The translations under genes were made by a program, and so were the position numbers. A DNA stretch of 63,581 bases, counting the filler, from Octopus bimaculoides (taxonomy: Eukaryota): the NCBI RefSeq assembly GCF_001194135.2. It is 6 parts of 6 records of this genome, joined end to end, with 100 filler letters (N's around TTAATTAATTAA, not from the genome) between each part and the next. Parts side by side here need not be neighbours in the genome. Positions count along the whole stretch, not along the records: positions 37,743 to 52,997 come from NC_068988.1; positions 53,098 to 58,906 come from NC_068989.1; positions 59,007 to 63,581 come from NC_069005.1; 3 more parts are not named here. One strand, written 5' to 3'. The notes below the pieces were generated by a model. The model was not told the DNA's origin. It did no database searches and saw only the letters and a program-made list of their open reading frames with translations. Within the stretch, counting starts at the first letter, position 1; every line of letters begins with the position of its first letter. Shown here one piece after another: positions 50,311 through 62,933 of this stretch.

Positions 50311-51532
50311 TAAGATTCTTATGTAGAAAAAGCCTCCAAAATAAAAATTTGTAAAAGTTATTATGATCATCCAATTAAACTTGCGTATAATTTAGAGGAG
50401 ATGAGCGCACATATTTCAAGGCTAAATTTGATATTCCTTGCACTCATTTCTATAAACTAAATTGGTGTTGTGTGGTAGACACGGGAAATTTCAAACTCCG
50501 AGAAATCGCCATAATTAATCTGACTCATTCATTACTATACTGATCAAAACGTACGTGACATGAAGTATGTATACATTACGGATATTTTCATTTGTTCCTC
50601 TTGGTCACTACTTCAAATTTGGCAAATCGATAGTTTTGAAATAATATCCAATGGTCTTTAAGGAGAACGTTGGCACTAGACTATTTCAGCAACGCAAGTT
50701 CACCACGAGGACGTTCAATATGATTGCAAATACATTTATTTCATTCAAAACCGATCGTGCACATTTAGTTAATTAATTCCAATTTGAGCGATATACATGT
50801 ATATCAGAAATTGTAATATTTGCTAGATTATCAAACTGTAAAAAGCTGATTCGGTATACGTACTTGATGAAGGTTAATGAAACAAATCATTCTTGCCCCA
50901 GACCTTTTTTTCCGAAGAAAAGCGTCTACATACGTCCCGATGGAGACGAAATTATTATCTATGACGGCTGTACGTGCATATATTCGTCACTAAATTTCGC
51001 TTTTGAAACCGTTTTGCATAATTCATAGGCATTCAAATTTATATAGATATACTATGATTTCAAAAAAATCTTCATTCCATCTTACACGTCCTACTGTTTT
51101 AACTGGGCCTTTTCTTTTAACTCTGTCTTAATATCTCTTAACGGCAACAGGCCCATATGCAAGTAATTGAAATTGGTCGCTGGTTTCAGGATTTCCATGC
51201 CACTAAGTAATCTCAGATACCAAGAAAAAAGTAGCAGTGGAGTGTATATCCGTATTAATGCTTTAATAATTCCGTTAAATATACACATGTAGTTGCGGGA
51301 AAGGAGCAAATGAGGAACATTAGTAGATACAACAGACTACTGAAATGTAAAGGTATTCTAAGTCATACTTCAATCTCTGCTCTTAACAAACATGAAAGGA
51401 TGCACACTAGTGTAATTTGCTGTAGCAGCCTGCAGCAGTTATGTAAAGTGCTGAGATATTTTGTTAATTCATTGTTAGCTCCAAGCAGCTCTTCTGTGTA
51501 TAGATCAGAGAATGTAACAGTTATAGAGAACA

Positions 51533-51572
<40 letters not shown>

Positions 51573-51881
51573 GGTGAGAGCGGGCGAGTAGGGAAAAAAG
51601 TTAATGACAGCGGGCGAGTAGGGAGATAGTTAGTGTGAGAGAGAAGGAGAGGGGTAGATGGGAAAGGAAAGAGGTAGAATGGGGTTTCCAAATTTTTCTC
51701 TCAATGTGGATCTCTTTCATTTGCATACCATCGACAGACAGTCTTTTGCTTGCTGCCGCAGCGTATGATCTTGATTCCATACCCAAATTGGGTAGGAAAA
51801 CAATCTTGAACAATAAATATTAACAATAACATTCCAACAATAATTCTTCAAACAATTTTCAACAAAACGCAAATCAAACCA

Positions 51882-52004
51882 ACTCACCGCACTTAACGCT
51901 CCTCTCCACCCAAAAACACAAACGCAACTCTGAAAAGGTTTGGTCAACTCTAATCAACTACTTCGACGTCTAGGCTGGCCTACTTCGACGTTTGGAGGCG
52001 TCGA
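51882..52004 (-). promoter_or_regulatory. Candidate CpG-rich promoter/first exon
   Basis: GCG|GTGAGT donor (51887-51882); duplicated CTACTTCGACGT (51958-51969, 51980-51991). Motif evidence only. Confidence 0.3.
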
Positions 52005-52113
52005 CACAACAAGATATTCTGTCTGAAAGAAAACTGCAGTAATTTCACTTTCAAAAATATACATACATTAAGTATGATACTAAACAACAAATGTGTGCGT
52101 GCGGTGTAGAGTG

Positions 52114-52205
<92 letters not shown>

Positions 52206-52949
52206 AGAGAGAGAGAAAGAGAGAGATAGTGGCAGGAGATAAGAAGAGTGCGAGATTTGATATATTTACACACACATACAGGCACACACATACAGGCACA
52301 CACATACAGGCACACACATACAGGCACACACATACGCACACATCGGTATTGCTGTGTTATCATCTATTTACATTTTGTGGGGAAACTATATATATTATAG
52401 CGCAGCCACTTCTTAGATTACACAAACATATACATACACACATACATATATACATACATATATACATACATAGTATATATATATATANNNNNNNNNNNNN
52501 NNNNNNNNNNNNNNNNNNNNNNNNNNNNNNNNNNNNNNNNNNNNNNNNNNNNNNNNNNNNNNNNNNNNNNNNNNNNNNNNNNNNNNNNNNNNNNNNNNNN
52601 NNNNNNNNNNNNNNNNNNNNNNNNNNNNNNNNNNNNNNNNNNNNNNNNNNNNNNNNNNNNNNNNNNNNNNNNNNNNNNNNNNNNNNNNNNNNNNNNNNNN
52701 NNNNNNNNNNNNNNNNNNNNNNNNNNNNNNNNNNNNNNNNNNNNNNNNNNNNNNNNNNNNNNNNNNNTAGATGGATAAGGTTATGACTTGATTCATTTGA
52801 AAAAAACCGTTAGAGAATTGGACGCTGCCGGATAGTGGGTTGGACAACACATACCTATAAATGTGTGAGAACGTACATGCATACATAAATACATATACAC
52901 AAACACACACATACATGCATGCTGATACACACACACACACACACACACG

Positions 52950-52997
<48 letters not shown>

Positions 52998-53263
52998 NNN
53001 NNNNNNNNNNNNNNNNNNNNNNNNNNNNNNNNNNNNNNNNNTTAATTAATTAANNNNNNNNNNNNNNNNNNNNNNNNNNNNNNNNNNNNNNNNNNNNCCT
53101 TCCCCCTCCCAAAAAGAAAAGCTCTACATTGTATTTGTCCCATCTTCGTTGAGCCCTGTGTGGCTAATAAAAGAAATGTATCTATCTATCTGTCTGTCAG
53201 TCTGTCTGTCTGTCAGTCTGTCTGTCTGTCTGCCTGCCTGCCTGCTTGTCTGCTTGTCTGTCA

Positions 53264-53322
<59 letters not shown>

Positions 53323-53423
53323 ATTTATTTTTGTTTATTTCTTTTTTTGAAACGCTATTTCTTTTGAGTTTATTCGGAAAGCATTTTGAGGATTATACAT
53401 TGATGCAGGCATGCGTAAATACA

Positions 53424-53477
<54 letters not shown>

Positions 53478-53486
53478 CACATTTAC

Positions 53487-53533
<47 letters not shown>

Positions 53534-53725
53534 CACACAAACACACACACACGCAAAGTTACTTGGGCTGTTTTCTTACAAAAGATAATAAGAATTTAAG
53601 GTGTGATACCCACCGAAAGCAAAAACATTAAGCTCGCACTATCTAGAAACCCTCAACAGCCCTGCAAACTTCCCTCCAAAATACATAGTTCCCGGGACCG
53701 TTCAAGCTCAATATATCTATACCTG

Positions 53726-53908
53726 AGGCGGCGAGCTGGCAGAATCGTTAGCACGCCGGGCGAAATGCTTAGCGGTATTTCGTCTGTCGCTACGTTCAGA
53801 GTTCAAATTCCGCCGAGGTCGACTTTGCCTTTCATCCTTTCGAGGTCGATAAATTGAGTACCAGTTACGCACTGGGGTCGATGTAATCGACTTAACCCCT
53901 TTGTCTGT
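53726..53908 (+). mobile_element. tRNA-derived SINE family B, well preserved, 3' end in gap
   Basis: GGCGGCGAGCTGGCAGAATCGTTAGC (A-box) ... GAGTTCAAATTCCGCC (B-box); at least 7 related copies in the window. Confidence 0.9.
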
Positions 53909-54617
53909 NNNNNNNNNNNNNNNNNNNNNNNNNNNNNNNNNNNNNNNNNNNNNNNNNNNNNNNNNNNNNNNNNNNNNNNNNNNNNNNNNNNNNNNNNNNN
54001 NNNNNNNNNNNNNNNNNNNNNNNNNNNNNNNNNNNNNNNNNNNNNNNNNNNNNNNNNNNNNNNNNNNNNNNNNNNNNNNNNNNNNNNNNNNNNNNNNNNN
54101 NNNNNNNNNNNNNNNNNNNNNNNNNNNNNNNNNNNNNNNNNNNNNNNNNNNNNNNNNNNNNNNNNNNNNNNNNNNNNNNNNNNNNNNNNNNNNNNNNNNN
54201 NNNNNNNNNNNNNNNNNNNNNNNNNNNNNNNNNNNNNNNNNNNNNNNNNNNNNNNNNNNNNNNNNNNNNNNNNNNNNNNNNNNNNNNNNNNNNNNNNNNN
54301 NNNNNNNNNNNNNNNNNNNNNNNNNNNNNNNNNNNNNNNNNNNNNNNNNNNNNNNNNNNNNNNNNNNNNNNNNNNNNNNNNNNNNNNNNNNNNNNNNNNN
54401 NNNNNNNNNNNNNNNNNNNNNNNNNNNNNNNNNNNNNNNNNNNNNNNNNNNNNNNNNNNNNNNNNNNNNNNNNNNNNNNNNNNNNNNNNNNNNNNNNNNN
54501 NNNNNNNNNNNNNNNNNNNNNNNNNNNNNNNNNNNNNNNNNNNNNNNNNNNNNNNNNNNNNNNNNNNNNNNNNNNNNNNNNNNNNNNNNNNNNNNNNNNN
54601 NNNNNNNNNNNNNNNNN

Positions 54618-54652
<35 letters not shown>

Positions 54653-54653
<1 letters not shown>

Positions 54654-55162
54654 GTGGGACATTCCAGAAGTTTTGAGACCATTTTAGAAGTAGTTATAAC
54701 TGTCCTTGATTATTGTAATTTTAGCTTATAATTGCTGTACATCTAATTAGCTGACCTGCTAACGTTCTTTTTATTCTAGATTGAAGGAGAGTACTGTAAC
54801 AGCAATTTGAACTTTGCCTACTAAACATTTCTTGTTAAAATTCCATCCTGGTAACCAACAAATTGACAGAGATGGGAGTCAAAACTGTCCCTCTCCCTCT
54901 CAACAGTCCAGACTTCGCTCGCTGTAACTTTTATTTGTTCCCCAGGCCGAAGAAGACATTGAGAAGATGGAATTTCAGGACAAATGTCTTGAAAATTTCA
55001 CTTTGGAGGACTTCCATGGGGGCCTTACACGGGGGTTGGAGCGCTACAACAAGTGCATTGAAGTCAGAGCATCTTACTTTGAAGGAGATTTGAGTTTTGT
55101 ACTGCATTCAAATTAATAAATGTCTCTCCTGTAAAATCTCAAACCTTTGGGAATGTACCTTG
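54653..55162 (+). mobile_element. Internally deleted mariner element
   Basis: TA|CGTGGGACATTCCAGAAGTTTTGAG versus CTCAAACCTTTGGGAATGTACCTTG|TA; LTEMGVKTVPLPLNSPDFARCNFYLFP (YSPDLAP-like) and RYNKCIEVRASYFEGD. Confidence 0.9.
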
Positions 55163-56460
55163 TACACATACAAACACATACACGCACATATAATAATAAA
55201 CCACAGCTGACTGTGACTTTTATTTTATTAAGAGTTTACCACTCGTCTTTTAGAAAGGTGACAAGATATAATACGTCCAAAACAATGATCAAACAAATTA
55301 TTTCACTCTTTTCAAACCACATCTAATAATTCAGTAATAAGTCTACCATAATTCAAATGGCGGCGTTGGGATGAAGCGACTTATATTACAAATCCCTTCA
55401 GTATAGCCAACTTAGTTATACAAAACTCGGTTCCATAATTAATTGCTTGAAAATCTTTGAAAACATGGAAAACCTCTCGAGTGTCGACATCAAAAGATGT
55501 ACTTTGTGTACTTTGTAGTATAATATATACAAAAAATAATCTCGCTTTAATGTTTATCGGATGACGGAGGAAGCGTGAACACCAGACGAGAGTATTTTAA
55601 ATTATTTGTGAGTAAAATTTTTTAAATACACAACTAATGCATATGTTACGTATACATATAGAAATTCTTATATACATATATACATACATACATGCATTTA
55701 TACGTACATACATACACATGAATCAACATACATGCATATACATATATGTGTATGTCTCTTACACATACAAACGTAGAGACATCCACATATATGCACGTAC
55801 ATATATATCAACTTATTTTTATATATTATTTATATATGTTTACATATACATACACACATACACATACATATGTATAATGTGTGTGTGTGTGTGTATATAT
55901 ATATCTGTATACATATATACATACATGTATATGTATTTATGTATGTATGTATGTATGTATGTATGTATGTATGTATGCATGTATGTGTATGTATATACAT
56001 ACAAACATACATACATAGATACATACATACATAAATCCACACTCATCCACACAATTATTTATCTCAGTGATAAATATTCAGTTGTTTGAAATTCCATCAG
56101 GGAAGTATATTCTCACAAGTGATCAACCCTATAAACTACTGTGACGGAAAAGACTGTCTGACAGTGGGTGGTGATGAGTAGGGAAACAAAAACAGCCGTA
56201 ACATTCAGGCTTTTACAAACGCTGTTAGCCGTGTGTAACACATGTTAAACGATATAGCCACGAGCTATGCTGCTAACATTCTTACTCTATATTACAAAAA
56301 ACAAAAAAACAAAAAAAACACCAACAACTCACATACTCTCCATTGGCACCCCGTCCATGTAGTACATGTACATACACACTCAGATTCTCACATACACAGA
56401 CACACAGAGAATTACGCTTCAAAATTTCATTCCTAAATTCTGTAGTTCTTACTACTACTC

Positions 56461-56492
<32 letters not shown>

Positions 56493-57703
56493 NNNNNNNN
56501 NNNNNNNNNNNNNNNNNNNNNNNNNNNNNNNNNNNNNNNNNNNNNNNNNNNNNNNNNNNNNNNNNNNNNNNNNNNNNNNNNNNNNNNNNNNNNNNNNNNN
56601 NNNNNNNNNNNNNNNNNNNNNNNNNNNNNNNNNNNNNNNNNNNNNNNNNNNNNNNNNNNNNNNNNNNNNNNNNNNNNNNNNNNNNNNNNNNNNNNNNNNN
56701 NNNNNNNNNNNNNNNNNNNNNNNNNNNNNNNNNNNNNNNNNNNNNNNNNNNNNNNNNNNNNNNNNNNNNNNNNNNNNNNNNNNNNNNNNNNNNNNNNNNN
56801 NNNNNNNNNNNNNNNNNNNNNNNNNNNNNNNNNNNNNNNNNNNNNNNNNNNNNNNNNNNNNNNNNNNNNNNNNNNNNNNNNNNNNNNNNNNNNNNNNNNN
56901 NNNNNNNNNNNNNNNNNNNNNNNNNNNNNNNNNNNNNNNNNNNNNNNNNNNNNNNNNNNNNNNNNNNNNNNNNNNNNNNNNNNNNNNNNNNNNNNNNNNN
57001 NNNNNNNNNNNNNNNNNNNNNNNNNNNNNNNNNNNNNNNNNNNNNNNNNNNNNNNNNNNNNNNNNNNNNNNNNNNNNNNNNNNNNNNNNNNNNNNNNNNN
57101 NNNNNNNNNNNNNNNNNNNNNNNNNNNNNNNNNNNNNNNNNNNNNNNNNNNNNNNNNNNNNNNNNNNNNNNNNNNNNNNNNNNNNNNNNNNNNNNNNNNN
57201 NNNNNNNNNNNNNNNNNNNNNNNNNNNNNNNNNNNNNNNNNNNNNNNNNNNNNNNNNNNNNNNNNNNNNNNNNNNNNNNNNNNNNNNNNNNNNNNNNNNN
57301 NNNNNNNNNNNNNNNNNNNNNNNNNNNNNNNNNNNNNNNNNNNNNNNNNNNNNNNNNNNNNNNNNNNNNNNNNNNNNNNNNNNNNNNNNNNNNNNNNNNN
57401 NNNNNNNNNNNNNNNNNNNNNNNNNNNNNNNNNNNNNNNNNNTAAATAAACTTCCATAATTTCGTTTCCTGTTTATGATTTTTAAAATCACGGCAACCTG
57501 TCAACATGGCGGCTGTAATTGGTCTCTGAGAAACGGTTAATTCGCCAATATTTTAAAGTAAATATTAAATAATGTTTTAGTTGCAGTTTGGCAAACGTAT
57601 ACACAAGCACACAGAGACACACTCATACACAGATACACATGTGTACACACACGCGCACACACACACACACACACACATACACACACACACGCACGCATGC
57701 ACG

Positions 57704-57738
<35 letters not shown>

Positions 57739-57987
57739 GTAAACAGACAGATAGACAGACATGCACATACGTACGCCGCTCACACGCACACGAATGCATA
57801 GAAAGATAAGTAGATAAGAAAAATGAGAGAAAGGGAGAGAGAGAGAGAGAGAGAGCGAGAGAGACAGAGAGAGAGAGACAGAGAGAGAGACAGAGACAGT
57901 GAGGGGAAGAGGCACAGTGTAGGTTCGATCGTGTGTATTTACATAGAGATAAATGTATGTTCTGCATAATAATTAGGCAGGTATCTT

Positions 57988-58374
57988 TTACTTTTTAATT
58001 GTTTGACATTAAATGTGGCCATGCTGGGGCAGCACCTTGAAGAATTTTAGCCGATCATTATTTATTACTATTTTTTAAGATTGATTCTATTCTAACAGTC
58101 TCTTTTGCCAAAACGCTGTTACAGAGATGTATACATACCAACACCGGTTGTCAAGTGACGGTGGGGGAGAAACACAGACACAAAGATGCATGCGCGCGCA
58201 CGCACACATATACACATACATATGCATATGATAGGCTTCTTTCAGTTTCCGTCTACCAAATCCACTCACAAGGCTTTGATCAGCCCGAGGCTATGGTCGA
58301 AGACACATGCCCAAGGCGCCACGCTGTGGGAATGAACCCGGAACCATGTGGTTGGGAAGCAAACGTCTTACCAC
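57988..58374 (-). mobile_element. SINE family A, full length, tail 1
   Basis: Reverse complement of 21947-22367. Confidence 0.85.
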
Positions 58375-58400
58375 TCTATACAAGCTTAAGATGCGTATAT

Positions 58401-58528
58401 TCTTTTATACTCTAGGCACAAGGCCCGACATTTTTGGAGAGGGGGAGCAGTCGATTAGATCGACCCCACTACGCAACTGGTAATAAATTTATCAACCTCG
58501 AAAATATGAAAGGCAAAGTCGACCTCAG
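58401..58528 (-). mobile_element. 5'-truncated SINE family B with 15-bp TSD
   Basis: TTAAGATGCGTATAT at 58386-58400 and 58529-58543. Confidence 0.9.
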
Positions 58529-59006
58529 TTAAGATGCGTATATAACGACAGTGTCTATCCAAATATATCTGTATGACAAGAAGTAAATGTATGTGTGTTT
58601 GTGTTTGTATGTTTGTGCTTAAAGTCTGTGTGTGTGTGTGTGTGTGTGTTTGAGTATGCGTCCCGGTGTCTGTTTAGCTTCTATATAAGTCTATATTTCT
58701 GATGTAGTGTATCAGACAAATTCTGTCTTCATGAACGCAAGCGTATTTATACGTATCTGTGTGCGTATATTTGTCTTCGTGTATATATTTGTATGCATGT
58801 ATGTACGATCGGAACTTGATGAAGGGAGTGTTCTGTAGTTTAAGCACTATGGTATACATACATTCGTACATACATACATATATACATGCATACATACATA
58901 TATACANNNNNNNNNNNNNNNNNNNNNNNNNNNNNNNNNNNNNNNNNNNNTTAATTAATTAANNNNNNNNNNNNNNNNNNNNNNNNNNNNNNNNNNNNNN
59001 NNNNNN

Positions 59007-59418
59007 AAGATTGGTGGCACAAGGGAAAGGGTAAGTCGATTACATTGACCCCAGTTCTCAACTGGTGCTTATTTTATAAACTCCGAAGGGATGGATGGCA
59101 AAGACGATTTCGGTGGAATTTGAACTCAGAACTCAGAACATGAAAACGGACGAAATACCGCTAAGCATTTCACCCGGCGTGCTAACGTTTCTGCCAGCTC
59201 GCCCCCTTGAGAACTTCTTAATATTCTTTTCTACTCAAGGCACACGGGGAAGGGGTCAGTCGATTAGATCGACCCCAGTACGCAACTGGTACTTAATTTA
59301 TTGACCCTGAAAGGATAAAAGGCAAAGTCGACCTCGGTGGAATTTTAATTCAGAACGTAAAGACAGACGAAATACCGCTAAGCTTCCGCCCGGCGTGCTA
59401 ACGTTTCTGCCAGCTCGC
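59007..59418 (-). mobile_element. Two tandem SINE family B copies
   Basis: Both end (on +) in CCGGCGTGCTAACGTTTCTGCCAGCTCGC, at ~59205 and ~59418. Confidence 0.9.
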
Positions 59419-59919
59419 GAGCAAATTCAAACTTTTCAAAGACACTTTTATGATTTCTTTAATCTATTGTGAAGCATAAACTTTTTGAAAGAAAAATAGA
59501 ACAGAATTAATAAAGAATTATTATAATTTTTAAGTAGCGGTTCCCTGAGACACGGAATACACTTCAAGTGTTTTCCAAGAGTAACAAAGGCTGCAGGGGG
59601 GAGTTTACTGGAAAGAAATTAAAGAGACACGGCAGAGTTTTACTTACAAAGGTTTATTCATTGATTCATCATACAACTGTTTCTGCAGCGCATCATATTG
59701 TCAGAGTACTTTTGCTTGGTATTATCTTTTCTGACGAAGTATTTTACTACAGAAACAGTTTATTACTGAATAAATTTAACTTATTTTTCTTTGATTACAC
59801 TATGTAACAAAATTTTTATTTCTTCTTTGTCTTTGGTTAGTAAGTGTTATTTCTTATTTGCTTATATCTAGAAATCAAAGTAAATGACTACTATTCCCTC
59901 CAAACTTTGCTTTTCTAGC

Positions 59920-60262
59920 CTGGACATCAATGTTTTCAAACCGACCAATTTTCCATTGCATTTTAGACAAATTCAGCGCTGAGTTGCTGAAGGAGAAATA
60001 TTGCCATAGCAAATATTCTACCCAATATCACAGATTTGCTTGTCAGTTGCTTGACCATAATCACTTGAGTCTGTCCCTTAGTGGCTGACAATATGTGCAT
60101 CTCTGATGATGAGCAAGAGTAGTGGGGGAGCATCATAGCCATGTGTTGAGAGGAATTATTTGGGGTTTGAATAAATGTAACAAAGGCAAAGTCTGAAGGA
60201 AATATTAACCATTTTTCACACTTTCCAATTGAAAGCAAATAGAAAATACCAGTTGCTACCCA

Positions 60263-60263
<1 letters not shown>
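59920..60263 (-). mobile_element. Second copy of the ~340-bp repeat at 11984
   Basis: Reverse-complement match. Confidence 0.75.
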
Positions 60264-60293
<30 letters not shown>

Positions 60294-60877
60294 TCGCGTT
60301 AGACAGTGTAATAAAATTTATCATACAACTGTTACTGCAGCGAATCACATTGTCAGAGAAGATAAGTCCGAAAGCTTTATTTGCTGTTATCTTCTCTGAC
60401 GAAGTTTTTTGCTTCAGAAACAGTTCTAAGAAGATGTATTACTGAATAAACCTAACTTGCTTTTCTTTGATTATAGAATCATTATGTTTACTTTATAGCT
60501 ATTACAGCCTTTTCATCTACGTCATAGGATTATGTGAATATCAGCGTGTATGGATTATATGGTGCTCCAAAGAATGATTACATATCGTGATTATACGCAC
60601 GAAAATTCTAAATTTAGTTCCAGTTACCTAGTTTGCTTACATTTAAAATTCTTTTAATTCTTATTATATATTTTGTTTTTCTACATATATTTTTCTAAGT
60701 AGGAAAAGACCGCATTTGTTCCTCTTAAAGTTCCTTTCGAACAAGTTTTGATTTCATTCCAGCACCCGTTACCGTGTATTGTGTGCAAACGGGTGCTTGG
60801 TACCAACGTATATCGGAAAAGATAATGGACGAAAGGGGAAAGGCAAAGATCCTGTGGGACTTTGACTTCCTTTACTA

Positions 60878-61004
<127 letters not shown>

Positions 61005-61008
61005 CAAT

Positions 61009-61089
61009 GTGGTGAGCTGGCAGAATCGTTAGCACGCTGGACGAAATGCTTAGTGGTATTTCGCCCGTACTACGTTTGAGTTCAAATTA
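61009..61089 (+). mobile_element. SINE family B head fragment
   Basis: GGTGAGCTGGCAGAATCGTTAGC...GAGTTCAAATT. Confidence 0.85.
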
Positions 61090-61098
61090 TTATTGCGT

Positions 61099-62570
61099 TT
61101 TGATTTCTAATATATTTGAAGGAATTCAGAAAATAGTTGGCAAGTTTGTTGCGGCAGTTCGCGCATTTGGGCTCACTTTCAGCATTGAGAAAACTGAAGG
61201 TTTATTACAACCAAAACCTGAGATGAAACATACTCAAGATTCAAATGTGAAGATGACAATAAGCCACTCAAATGCGTCAGATCATTTAAATATCATGGAA
61301 GTGCGGAAAACTTTAAGAGTACTCTTGATAACGAAATCAGTACTAGAATATTGAAGGCTACAAATGTTTTTGGAAAACTTTCTCATCGTTTGTGGGATGT
61401 ACACAGTATCAGTTTGAAAACTAAAATAAGTATTTACAAATCTTGCATTTTGAGCACACTTTTGTACGGGGCAGAAACACGAACTCCCTATTACAGGCAT
61501 ATAAAAAACTTGAAAACTTTCACATGTGCTGTCTGCGCAATATTTGCAACATAAAATGGCAAGATAAGATATGAAATGTCAAATTTTTTGAAAAATGATA
61601 TCTCCAGTAATGAAAGCATGCTGTTGAGAATTCAGAGCAGATGGGTTGGACATGTTCAAATGTATGATGATCGCATTCCGAAAATTCTTTTGTATAGCCA
61701 ACAAGTATGGGATTCGTCAATAAAGGATGAACCCCTGCTAAGGTATAAGGATAAGTTGAAATAATCACTAAAATCACAACAGCTTAATTTAACATCATAG
61801 GAAAGTTATTGCCTAGATCAGGGGTCGGGGAACCTTTTTAACCAATTACCCCAAAATATACTTATTTATGCCAACGTTACCCTGTTGATTTGAAAGGAAG
61901 AAAATCATAGATTCTTTGAATTCAAAAGGTTTATTGAATCTGTTTATATGGAGAATGCAATTATAAATATAAAAAGTATAAAACAAATGCGATAAAATAT
62001 ATTAATACCCTCATAATGAAACAGGATTTTTCTAGAAGCCTTTTCACTTCAGGTTTTGGAGAAATGATGTTTCATTTTTGTTACAATTACATGGAAATTG
62101 GGGTATTTTGATGCCAGAGCAATTTGGATACAATCTTCAGGGTCCAATCGATTACTCTACTTTGCTTTTATGGTCAATAGAGTGGGAAATCCTTGTTCTC
62201 AAAGGTCAGTTGTTGCAAAAGGCAGCAACAGCCTCCTCATGAAAAATTTCTGTCGTAACTAGGAACATGTTTTTTTTAAATATAATTTTACTTATGTTTA
62301 ATGAGTTCTCATTACTCCAAGAATTTCATTTTTACCCCGATTGGGATAATTTGCCCCTGTTCGCCGACCCCTGGCCTAGATCGATGTAAGTAGCGTAAAA
62401 TGTGTTATAATTCATCAAAACAATTTGAAATGAAGAAACAAAACAATAAAAGAATTATATCCTGCAATTAACAAACACATTTGTCCAATCTCAGGAAAAA
62501 TCTAAATCATCAGCGTCCACATTGTGACTTAACAGCAAAATCTATACCTGGACTCAAATAGATGCAGCTT
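61099..62570 (+). mobile_element. RTE-clade LINE ORF2 3' remnant, interrupted by a hAT element
   Basis: GIQKIVGKFVAAVRAFGLTFSIEKTE; FGKLSHRLWD..SISLKTKISIYKSCILSTLLYGAET; RWVGHV..DDRIPKILLY..RYKDKLK; terminal PHCDLTAKSIPGLK*. Confidence 0.9.
61819..62373 (-). mobile_element. hAT (Charlie/Buster-type) deletion derivative
   Basis: TIRs CAGGGGTCGGGGAAC / GTTCGCCGACCCCTG; exact TSD GCCTAGAT (61811-61818, 62374-62381); minus-strand LLLPFATTDL*EQGFPTLLTIKAK*SNRLDPED, a hAT dimerisation-domain remnant. Confidence 0.95.
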
Positions 62571-62584
62571 CTTATATGTGTATA

Positions 62585-62700
62585 TCTTATATATAAATGG
62601 CAATTTCTGTCTGTTTGTTACCATCTTATTGCTTAAACTAGCGGGCCAATGTTCAAGAAACTTTGTATACATGTTACACTAACATCCAGTTTAAAATAGG
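62585..62700 (+). mobile_element. Possible Helitron 5' end
   Basis: A|TCTTATATATAAA...CTGTCTGTTTGTT; no 3' hairpin-CTAG found. Confidence 0.35.
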
Positions 62701-62877
62701 CTAAATGGATTTTTTAAAAATCTATAATGTGCCCCTATAATGTGACTTATATCAAGGAAGGTAAGAACAGCGTTATGTAAGCGACAAATATCGAGTAGCA
62801 ATGGAATGATAACGTTGATACAGCTGACGTATACATGCGACGCTGCATACATACTTTCGCAAATACATAGATCCAAT

Positions 62878-62933
<56 letters not shown>

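Noticed and set aside
42623-51591. Short non-repeat ORFs (42623, 42693, 44459, 46675, 51091, 51310) as further peptide paralogues
   Set aside because: No signal peptide, Cys pattern or compatible splice sites; no paralogue seen in the ungapped sequence.
15668-58962. TTAATTAATTAA islands inside N runs (15668, ~24850, ~37687, ~53042, ~58951)
   Set aside because: Identical 12-mer flanked by Ns that encodes stops in all six frames: an assembly spacer, not biology.
59732-60440. CTGACGA...GAAA strings in the duplicated segment as hammerheads
   Set aside because: Extra bases before GAAA and no UH cleavage site after stem III.
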